From: Eledone cirrhosa
Taxonomy: Eukaryota
DNA length: 64,000 nucleotides
Assembly (NCBI GenBank): GCA_964016885.1
Contig: OZ024743.1
Coordinates: 197,656,001-197,720,000, forward strand
Reading direction: 5' to 3'
The notes below the pieces were generated by a model, which saw only the letters and a program-made list of their open reading frames with translations, searched no databases and was not told the DNA's origin. Made by a program: the position numbers and the translations under genes. This document shows positions 11,708-20,479 of the stretch, in pieces; position 1 is the first letter of the stretch, and each line of letters begins with the position of its first letter.

Positions 11708-12411
11708 GTGTCAGGTCACCAGTTGGTGCTACTGGTAACATGTATCCCAGTTTGTGTCAGGTCACCAGTTGGTGCTACTGGTAACATGTATCCCAGTTTG
11801 TGTCAGGTCACCAGTTGGTGCTACTGGTAACATGTATCCCAGTACAACCTGTCTCATGGTCGGGTCGTTGGCGACTAAACTGGCAACCCCACCAAGGTTT
11901 CTTGGTGAGGAGGGTGGCTTTGGACATCCTGCAGGACTAAAAACAAAACCTGTCAAAAGGCAAAGGGGCTCTTAAGAGTCAATAGCCATCCAAAATCACC
12001 GGGAGAGATGACCCCTTAGCCTTTGTCAAGGCAGAATTCTAGGAGAAGGAAAACTCTGATATAACACCTGCAACCCTGATGGTATCCAATGATGTTGAAT
12101 TGTTCTTCTTTTTGGTAAATATCATCTTGGTTAAGAGAGTGGGACTGGCTTTGTGCAGTGCCTTTGCTCACTATAAAAGCTTCACAGCACAGGCATTGCT
12201 TTATATCTGGAGATCTCTCTGCACTTGTCGTCACATGGTACCATGGGCCCAGCACTATGTGTCAATAATTGTCACAAGTGTAGTGTTTGTACCAGAGTTT
12301 TCAAGTCGTTGGCTGGACTAAAAAGTCACATTCGTTCAGCGCATTGGTAGGGGTTCTCCTACATGGATATAAAGTAGTGGCCGTACTCGAAAACGAGTTG
12401 GCAGCCACCAT
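11708..12411 (+). mobile_element. Non-autonomous bipartite RTE derivative, family A (46-bp 5' unit triplicated)
   Basis: RTE-type 5' UTR joined to the terminal zinc-finger codons and the RTE 3' tail. (TATG)n on both sides. Sister copy at 63088-63693. Confidence 0.85.
12243..12350 (+). CDS. Putative 35-aa single C2H2 zinc-finger micro-ORF (MGPALCVNNCHKCSVCTRVFKSLAGLKSHIRSAHW)
   Basis: Hand translation. accATGg start context. Homologous to the last RTE finger CRLCARHFRSLAGLKSHIRSQH. Translation is not shown. Confidence 0.4.
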   Translation: MGPALCVNNCHKCSVCTRVFKSLAGLKSHIRSAHW

Positions 12412-12447
12412 GTATGTATGTATGTATGTATGTATGTATGTATGTAT

Positions 12448-13617
12448 GTTTGTCTACCTGGGAAGCACTGTCAATCGATACAGAAACCTTGACAGTGAAA
12501 TCTCACTTAGGATTAGGAAAGCAAGTGATGCTTTCGGAAAGCTAGAAAGGCGACTCTGGGGTCGGCGAGACATATGCAGGAGGACAAAGGTAAAGGTGTA
12601 CAGGGCATGTGTGCTCTCTTGTCTTCTTTATGCCTACGAGACCTGGGTCACATATCGACACCACCTTAAGCAATTGGAGCGTTTCCATCAGATGTGTCTC
12701 AGACGGATCCATGGCATTCACTGGAGGGACCACATCAGTGATGTCGAGATTTTGGAAAGCTCTATGTGTGACAGTATAGAAGCTCTTGTGCTTAAGCAAC
12801 GACTCCGCTGGAGTGGTCACCTTGCCAGGATGAAGGATTCTAGAATACCAAAACAACTCTTTTATGGAGAGTTGGTTAAAGGAAAACGACCGCCACATAA
12901 ACCAAAAAAGAGGTATAAGGATTCCTTGAAAGCCTCTCTGAAAGACGCTAACATCTCTGCTGATACATGGGAGAATATTGCTGCTGATCGTAATAAATGG
13001 AGAAAGACTGTATATGAGGGAAAAGTTGCCTTGGAGGCATCTCGAATCGCATACGAGAAAGTAAAGCGGGATGTGAGGAAGGGCATTGCTGTTGCACTTC
13101 TAGACGGCGAGGGTCCTCCTATAGTGCTGACATGCAGCGTATGTGCGAGACTCTGCCTAAGCAAAGCTGGACTCGAAAGTCATCTTCGCAGTCATAAAGT
13201 AAGACCAGTGGTTGACTACCAGGCTGCTGTTGGAGATGCTACTCATCATGCTTGCCAAACATGTGGTAGGGAATGTAAATCAGCAGGAGGGCTCAAGCGA
13301 CATGCAAAAGTACACGAACTCCAACCATAGCCGACTATTCCCAGTAAATGTTTTGGTTGCCGACTCTGTGCAAGACATTTTAGATCATTGGCTGGGCTAA
13401 AAAGCCACATTCGATCGCAGCGCTGTTAGTTGCTATCGTGTGTGTGTGTGTAGATATGCTTATGTGTGTGCGTGTGTGTGTATATATATATATGTATATG
13501 TATATTATTATTGTTGTTGTCGTTATTATTATTGTTGTTATTATTATTATTATTATTATTATTGTTATTAATGTATGTGTGTGTGTGAGTATGTGTGTGT
13601 GTGTGTATATATGTATG

Positions 13618-13648
<31 letters not shown>

Positions 13649-13772
13649 TTCTTTTTTTTTTTATTTTTATTTTCTTTTTATTTATTTATTTATCATTATT
13701 ATTATTATTTTTTTTTTCTTTTCTTTCTCCTCGTGCAATGGCCATACTCGATAACGAGGGGGCAGCCATCAT
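12448..13772 (+). mobile_element. 5'-truncated copy of the RTE LINE
   Basis: Near-identical to 1961-3430 reverse-complemented. Premature stop at 13328-13330. (TATG)n at both ends. Confidence 0.95.
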
Positions 13773-13790
13773 GTATGTATGTATGTATGT

Positions 13791-14260
13791 TTCAAGTCGG
13801 GTCGTTGGTGACTAAACCGACAACCCCATCTAGCTAGCTTGGTGAGGAGGGTGATATTTGGACACCCCGCGGGATGAAATACAAGACCCGGCAAAGGGCA
13901 GAGGAACTCAGTAGAGTCTACGGCTATCCAAATAGTAGTTTTTTAAAATTATTTTTTAAAAAATTTTTATCACCTGGTAGTGAAATGCCCCCAGTTGTTG
14001 TCACAACACCTTTCTAGGGAAGCTCTGAAAAAAAAAACCCTTCGGCTTCGGAAGCATCCGATGATATTGACCAGTTCTCTCCTTTTCGGGTAATGTTTCG
14101 ATGCTGAGAGAGTGGATTGGTCGAGTGCATGGCCTTTCGCCCTTTAAAAAACATACAAAGTACAGGCATTGCTTGTGCAGGATATGTAGCCCAAAAGTGC
14201 ACCAAACTCTATAATCTGACAAGCGATTACAATACTCTTAGCAGAGTTTACTGCCATCAT
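13791..14260 (+). mobile_element. Bipartite RTE derivative, family B
   Basis: Shares leader hairpins, the gagagtggattgg...acaggcattgc block and a hairpin-gccatc(atgt)n tail with families A and D. Confidence 0.8.
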
Positions 14261-14340
14261 GTATGTATGTATGTATGTATGTATGTATGTATGTATGTAT
14301 GTATGTATGTATGTATGTATGTATGTATGTATGTATGTAT

Positions 14341-14626
14341 GTCACTCTGATATAAAACCTGCAACTCCGTTGGCAACGAATGATGTAGACCAGTTCTTCT
14401 TTTTGTGTAAATGTATCCGAGGTTCAGAGAGTGGGTTTGGCCTTGTGCAAAGTCCTTCCTCACTTAAAAAGCTCCAGGCACAGACATCACTTGATATGTG
14501 ACATTGTTTGTAATACATGGAATGGCTGGCCATATGCATGTCCCTAGCAGGACTAAAAAACATGTCCTTGATGCTCATGGTTAAGTATCAAGCGATGGAA
14601 TTAAACAAAACGAGTTGCAGCCATTA
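14341..14626 (+). mobile_element. Bipartite RTE derivative, family C, 5' truncated
   Basis: ctctgatataaaacctgc...gagagtgggtttgg block, decayed SLAGLK..H..AH finger, aacgagttgcagccat tail. Confidence 0.75.
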
Positions 14627-14630
14627 TTTG

Positions 14631-14675
<45 letters not shown>

Positions 14676-14867
14676 GGGGTGTGTGCGACCCCCCCAAGGC
14701 GCCTCTTCTCTATTGAGGACTTTGTTATAAATTTTATTTTTTGTTATATTTTATTTTATTTTTATATATTGTTATTGCCTCCTCCTTATTGAGGACGCCT
14801 TGTTTTGTAAACTCCCCCCATTGTACTTGTCCCACTTTTGATGCCCTGGTGGCAAATAAAAGAAACA

Positions 14868-14868
<1 letters not shown>
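14676..14868 (+). mobile_element. Tx1-like 3' UTR-only fragment between (TATC)n tracts
   Basis: ggggtgtgtgc.acccc, gtaaactcccc..ttgta.ttgtccc and aataaa are shared with the 3' UTRs at 20263-20408 and 31950-32010. Confidence 0.85.
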
Positions 14869-14943
<75 letters not shown>

Positions 14944-14956
14944 GAAGGAAGGAAAA

Positions 14957-16720
14957 ATGAAAATAAAAACGGACGAATCTGCGGAGGAAAAATTAAATGA
15001 CGAAAACAACGAAAAAAAAAAATTTGAAAAATTGCATGACAATACTAATAACACAAACAAAGACACAACAAACAAAAAAATAACAGTTGAAAATAACATC
15101 ATATCAGAAAACAAAGCAGACGACAAGATTTCTTTTGCACAGAAAACAAAGAAATCTTTGACTTATATAGCGGAAAACATTTCAGATGTGGTACGAAGGA
15201 TCACGGACGCAAAACAATACATAAGTGAAGGTGAGAATGGTATTTTATTGGTAAAAATGCCTCAAGAATTCACGAAAGACATTGAAAGCCGAACGGTCAA
15301 GTTTCGGACCATCAACAACAGTACAAAAAAACCTGAACAGCCTTCTCAAGCAGATATCAAAACAGTACTCGCAGAAGTACTGAATGAAACAACTTTCATA
15401 AGAAAAGACAGACTGTATGGAAGCCTAGCAATTATCATGAAGAACGAATCGGCGGCAAAAAAATGTGCTTTGTCACCGATTCGTTCGAAAAATTTCACCT
15501 TTTATCCATCTTATATGGGAAAAAAAACTCAACGCATATGGCTGGATGCAATGATGCCAGATGTGGACTACTGCTGGCTCATAGCTGGCTTCATCGATCC
15601 AGTGAATGACAACGTGATTTCCATTGGGAAAACCACAGGCAATGCGTTCAGTGGAACAGGTATAGAGCTGGTAGTACAAATGAAGCCTGAACGCATCGCC
15701 CAAATACCCGACAGAATCCTATTAGAGGACCACGGGTATATAAACATTAGCGTGGAGGGGAGAAGGCCGTCCTGCCATATCTGTGCAGGCAGAGGGCACC
15801 TGAAGGCCGCTTGTCCACAACTCAACAAAAAGAAAACTCTGCTACCAACACCAGCTCCACCACCACCACCACAACAGATAAACAAACAACAAAACTCAGT
15901 CCCACCCAACCCGTCCCTCAGTAACACCACAACACCACCACAACACAAACAGTCACAACACATTACCCCAAAACAAAATACAGGCCCACCCAACCTCTCA
16001 CTCAATAAAACAACACAACCACCGCAGACACAACACACAACACAGTCTAACATAGTGACATCCATCTCCCCCACAAAGAAAACCAACACGGAAACATTAC
16101 CAGCAAACATACCTCTTCCCTCCAACACTGAAGATAACCCAACGAATTCGGAGGAAGAAACGGAGTCCTTCAGACAGATTAAAAGGAAAAAAAGAAAACA
16201 TGTGCAAAACACACAAGGACAAACAACCCCCACCCAAATCGCAACACAATCTAACAAAACAGAAAACACCCCTCCAGCAACAAACAAAACCAAACCTGCC
16301 CCTCCCCTCTTCGAAACACTCACACCATCGGAAAAAAAGACATTACACTATACTTACATCAACAGAAACAATAATAAATTAAATGAACTCATATACAATA
16401 ATCCTTCGGTACAAACCGAAGGTGTAAACTTTGTTTCATCAGAAAACCACCCACATTTAAAACTAATAAAAATCCCAATGAACCTCTACCAAAAACTAAA
16501 AAAGGATTTTAAGGAGGACGTAGGACCACCCTCTGTCAAACCCATAAACCGCGTCCTACTAAAAAGCTTTCCCCCTCCCCTTCCCCTCCCCAACACAACT
16601 CCAAACACCCCAACCCCACCACACACCGACGACCCCACACCACCACAAGACACCCCTTCACCCAACACCCCCGACCCCATGGAAGTCGTGCAACCCGAAC
16701 CCCGGGAAGCGGAAAGGTAG
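14957..16720 (+). CDS. Tx1-like ORF1 (gag-like, CCHC knuckle, Pro/Thr/Gln-rich linker)
   Basis: CHICAGRGHLKAAC knuckle. The upstream extension to 14741 in the ORF track is microsatellite read-through. Confidence 0.85.
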   Translation: MKIKTDESAEEKLNDENNEKKKFEKLHDNTNNTNKDTTNKKITVENNIISENKADDKISFAQKTKKSLTYIAENISDVVRRITDAKQYISEGENGILLVKMPQEFTKDIESRTVKFRTINNSTKKPEQPSQADIKTVLAEVLNETTFIRKDRLYGSLAIIMKNESAAKKCALSPIRSKNFTFYPSYMGKKTQRIWLDAMMPDVDYCWLIAGFIDPVNDNVISIGKTTGNAFSGTGIELVVQMKPERIAQIPDRILLEDHGYINISVEGRRPSCHICAGRGHLKAACPQLNKKKTLLPTPAPPPPPQQINKQQNSVPPNPSLSNTTTPPQHKQSQHITPKQNTGPPNLSLNKTTQPPQTQHTTQSNIVTSISPTKKTNTETLPANIPLPSNTEDNPTNSEEETESFRQIKRKKRKHVQNTQGQTTPTQIATQSNKTENTPPATNKTKPAPPLFETLTPSEKKTLHYTYINRNNNKLNELIYNNPSVQTEGVNFVSSENHPHLKLIKIPMNLYQKLKKDFKEDVGPPSVKPINRVLLKSFPPPLPLPNTTPNTPTPPHTDDPTPPQDTPSPNTPDPMEVVQPEPREAER

Positions 16721-16753
16721 GTCTCTACACTCTCCTTTGGCTCTGCCGCCCAC

Positions 16754-19700
16754 ATGGATGTGTTAAGAGTAGGATGTTTGAATGCACGTGGCCTGGGCTC
16801 AACTTGGAAGCAAGCAAAGCTTCTAAATGACCTCAGGTCATGTAGTATAAATGTAATGGTTATCTGTGAGACTCGAATCAGCGTCATGCGGCAGCTGGCC
16901 CCCACCTTCGATGACTTTGAGGTGCATGCATCTCTCTGTCAACCTGGAGGTGGGGGTGGGGTTGTCGTGCTGCTGCAAAAACACCTGGGTCTTGCCGTAC
17001 AGGTTGTGCACTCGGACCCGGAGGGTCGTTTGTTGGTGCTAGACGTTGGCAGTAGTGAAAGTGCGGCCTTGAGACTGGTCGCCGTCTACTCCCCTTTCGG
17101 AGCTGAACGGCCCGACTTCTTCCAGCGTTTGGAGACTTTTCTGGGAACGTCGCGTTCCCTGCTTCTAGCGGGGGATTGGAATGACATCCTGGATGCACGT
17201 TGGGACTATGCAGGAGCATGTCCTAATAGAGGGGGGTGTAACAGCCTCAAGGGGTTACTCGACCGTTTTAACTTGGTCGATAGATATCGACTAGATTTTC
17301 CAACTGTGCCTACCTGGACTTGGAGAAACCACAGTGGTCAATCTAGATCGTACTTAGATAGATTCTTAGTTAGAAGTAAGGATAGGGACATATTAAGCTG
17401 TCCAGAAATGCGCACGGTTGGCTACACGGATCACAAATTAGTGACCTGCGTGGTCAATCTCGAGAAAACACATAGACAGGGTCCCGGTTACTGGAAACTT
17501 AATTTGTCTTTACCGGCAAAAGAGACTTACAGAAACCGGATTAGCAGATTAGTTAAGGAGAGGTTGACGGGTGCAATCGTCAACAACCGATGGTGGGCAT
17601 CTCTCAAAAGAGAGATTAGAACAGAATCAATAAGTTATAGCAAGATGTTAGCTGCCAATAGGAATAGAAACGAGAAAGAATTAACAGGTAAATTAGAAGA
17701 GGCAATCAAGAGCGAAGATGTGGCCAGAGTGCTGGCATCGAGGACGGCCTTGAACCAGTTTTTCGATGCAAAGCATGAAGGCTGCGTCATTCGAAGTAAA
17801 ATACGTGCTCTAGGTAATGAGGGGGCCAAAGCCGTTGGATGGGCCCGCGTGACAGAAGCTAAAAGTGGAAATCGATCCACCATCCGGTCGTTGCAAGACG
17901 AAGATGGACGAGTGATCCGGGAGCCTAAGCAGATGTGCGAGGCCTTTCAAAAGCACTTTGCCCGATTGTTCGGGGGAGGCGAGGGTCCGGGCCGGGGCGT
18001 GGATTTCGGTCCATACCTCGACGGCCTGCCGCGTCTCTCGAACAAAGAGGCAGAGTCCTGCGAGGGACCAATCTCGGCTGATGAGATCGGAGATGCGCTG
18101 AGCCAATGCAGCAGACGCAAATCTCCAGGTCTCGATGGTATACCTTACGAACTTTATTTAGCAATGCCGGTCTTCTTCTCTGAACTCCTCGAAGCGGTCT
18201 ACTGCAATTGGCAGCAGAACGGGAGAATTCCTTGTTCTGTAGCCAAGGGCGTAGTCACGCTGGTGAGGAAGGACGAGAACAAGGGGGATAGTATAAATAA
18301 TTTTCGGCCCATAACCCTGCTAAACACAGAGTTAAAGATTTTGGCCAAGGTGTTAGCAAAGAGGTTGGCGCTTGTCGTGGGCGGCCTGGTGGGAGATGCG
18401 CAGACATGTGCTATCCCATCCAGGTCCATTCACGATAACCTCCACCTCATGCGATACATCATAGAGAGGGTTGGCAACAAACCCGGCTTCGGTGGGGCCC
18501 TGATCAACTTGGATCAGTCTAAGGCCTTCGATAGGGTCGACCATGGTTACCTGGATGCGGTGCTAGCGGCGGCTGGGTTCGGTCCTGTTTTCAGAGGCTG
18601 GATCACTGCCCTACATAGCAACCACATCTGTTCTAGGATCAAGGTGAACGGCTACCTTTCGAAGCCGTTCGAAATCACACGATCCATTCGACAGGGGTGC
18701 CCTCTCTCCTCCCTTCTGTACGTATTGACTCTCGAGCCTTTACTGAGGAAGTTGGAGTTGTTGCAGGGTATCCCCCTGGAACCAGGATTGAGCAAAGCGG
18801 TGTCGGCCTACGCCGATGACGTAACAGTAATGGTATCAACCGACTCGGAGATCGAGGCGATCGGTACCTTACTGGAGGAGTACGAAAGGTTGTCAGGAGC
18901 GAAACTGAACCGGGAAAAATCCATCGGACTGCAACTCGGAACGTGGAGAAGCAAACCGATGCCTCCTGACGGTGTCGTCGGACACTGGACGGAGGGCCCG
19001 GTAAAGTTGCTTGGGGTCTGGTTTGGACCGGACCTCCAGGTGGAAAAGAACTGGAACGAGGTTACGAACAAGGTGTTTGCACTAACCCAGAAATGGGCCA
19101 AGTGTAAGCTGTCCCTAAAAGGCCGGGCGGAGGTGGCGAACATTTACATAGCGTCCGTCACTTACTACCGCCTGACTGTCGTGCCTTGCCCTAAGGAAAC
19201 ACTCACCACCATGGAACGCATGCTCTTCCAATTTCTTTGGAAGAAGCGTCCTCCTATGGTGAGAAGATCCATCTGCTGCCAACAACCTTCGAAAGGAGGG
19301 CTGGGGATGCCGTGGTTGATGATGCGTAGGCACGCATTAAGGCTACGGCACCTACAGGTATTCCTCACTGGTCAACCGGTGTGGGCTCCGTTCGTGAAAC
19401 GAGCCTTTCCGAGACTCGTCTCACTCACCGAGCTACAGTCCTGGGTCAAGCAAAGATCCGGAAAACTGGGAGACTGGCACACTGAGTGTGCTCAGGCGCT
19501 CAGGGCTCTCTGGCAAGCGGGCCGGACCATCGGTGGAGAATCCACCTCATCATTCTATAGAGGGCTGGTGGCTAGCAGGGGCGATGACACCCTTGGAGAG
19601 TCGCTGGACATGGAAGAAGACGAACTGGCCAGCCTGTTCGGTAGGACTTTCGGCCCAGGACCAATGGACAACTTCCAGAAGTCACTGGCCTGGCAGTGCT

Positions 19701-19972
19701 ACCGAGGGGCTCTACCCGTTCGAGAGAGGCTCTACAGACACGGGCGCCCGGGCAGGGATCCCTCAAAAAAGATTTGCCCTAGATGCGTGCGTCACGAAGA
19801 AACCGTGGCGCACGCATTGGTGCAATGTCCGGGCGTGGCTGATCTGTGGGGCTACGCCGAACAACTGCTGTCGCGGGTGGCGCCGATTAAATTGACCGCC
19901 GAGTCCGTGATGACAATCAAACCGCCCCCCCCCTCTTCACAAAGGAAGCAAAGGCGGTTTTTCTGTGCGTAA
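16754..19972 (+). CDS. Tx1-like ORF2: APE + RT + CCHC; last ~80 aa (to 20193) are out of frame
   Basis: LNARGL, ICETR, GDWN, YLDRFL, TDHK; DQSKAFD, RQGCPLS, YADD; CPRC...HALVQC. PGYWKLN is typical of L1/Tx1. Confidence 0.93.
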   Translation: MDVLRVGCLNARGLGSTWKQAKLLNDLRSCSINVMVICETRISVMRQLAPTFDDFEVHASLCQPGGGGGVVVLLQKHLGLAVQVVHSDPEGRLLVLDVGSSESAALRLVAVYSPFGAERPDFFQRLETFLGTSRSLLLAGDWNDILDARWDYAGACPNRGGCNSLKGLLDRFNLVDRYRLDFPTVPTWTWRNHSGQSRSYLDRFLVRSKDRDILSCPEMRTVGYTDHKLVTCVVNLEKTHRQGPGYWKLNLSLPAKETYRNRISRLVKERLTGAIVNNRWWASLKREIRTESISYSKMLAANRNRNEKELTGKLEEAIKSEDVARVLASRTALNQFFDAKHEGCVIRSKIRALGNEGAKAVGWARVTEAKSGNRSTIRSLQDEDGRVIREPKQMCEAFQKHFARLFGGGEGPGRGVDFGPYLDGLPRLSNKEAESCEGPISADEIGDALSQCSRRKSPGLDGIPYELYLAMPVFFSELLEAVYCNWQQNGRIPCSVAKGVVTLVRKDENKGDSINNFRPITLLNTELKILAKVLAKRLALVVGGLVGDAQTCAIPSRSIHDNLHLMRYIIERVGNKPGFGGALINLDQSKAFDRVDHGYLDAVLAAAGFGPVFRGWITALHSNHICSRIKVNGYLSKPFEITRSIRQGCPLSSLLYVLTLEPLLRKLELLQGIPLEPGLSKAVSAYADDVTVMVSTDSEIEAIGTLLEEYERLSGAKLNREKSIGLQLGTWRSKPMPPDGVVGHWTEGPVKLLGVWFGPDLQVEKNWNEVTNKVFALTQKWAKCKLSLKGRAEVANIYIASVTYYRLTVVPCPKETLTTMERMLFQFLWKKRPPMVRRSICCQQPSKGGLGMPWLMMRRHALRLRHLQVFLTGQPVWAPFVKRAFPRLVSLTELQSWVKQRSGKLGDWHTECAQALRALWQAGRTIGGESTSSFYRGLVASRGDDTLGESLDMEEDELASLFGRTFGPGPMDNFQKSLAWQCYRGALPVRERLYRHGRPGRDPSKKICPRCVRHEETVAHALVQCPGVADLWGYAEQLLSRVAPIKLTAESVMTIKPPPPSSQRKQRRFFCA

Positions 19973-20407
19973 TAGCCATGTTGAAAGAGGTTGTTTGGTG
20001 GACACGATTGAAAGGTCTGAGGTCAGGCAACTTCCTCTCTGGCCATAGTCTGGTCTACTTCTTCCGATATCACTTCGGAAGAAGGATAAGAATGGAGAGA
20101 GAGGTGCTTGGCCACAGGCAGTTTTATGAAAGGTGGGTGATAGTGGCGAGAATGGCTCGTGTAAATGGGCCTTCTCTGTATACCATCCTGTAGGTAAAGA
20201 AGTAAAAGAGAGGGGAGCACCTTCTCCATGTGCTCCCCGGGCAAAGGATTGCACACTTTTTCGGGGGTGTGTGCAACCCCCATCACGTCCCCTCCCTTTT
20301 GAGGTTATTTTCGATTATTTTCATGTTACACCCTTTTTACTCGATTATATGTAAACTCCCCCTTTGTATTTGTCCCTTCTTTTTATGCCTTTATGGTAAA
20401 TAAAGAA

Positions 20408-20477
<70 letters not shown>

Positions 20478-20479
20478 AT

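Larger units (their letters stand above)
14944..20408 (+). mobile_element. Tx1/L1-clade LINE copy 1, slightly 5' truncated
   Basis: ORF1 + ORF2 + 3' UTR with aataaa directly followed by (TATC)n. The 5' end also abuts (TATC)n. Confidence 0.93.

Noticed and set aside
11708-11845. CRISPR-like repeat
   Set aside because: Contiguous identical units with no spacers, eukaryotic context and no cas genes.
12287-12447. Apparent N-terminus of the 347-aa ORF
   Set aside because: Chance fusion of family A sequence and (TATG)n to a truncated RTE.
14741-14956. N-terminal extension of the 659-aa ORF
   Set aside because: Read-through of an upstream 3' UTR fragment and (TATC)n, not part of ORF1.
15568-16905. 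Antisense ORFs over the LINEs (also over RTE, R4-like and PLE ORFs)
   Set aside because: Shadow frames of compositionally biased coding strands with no recognisable motifs.
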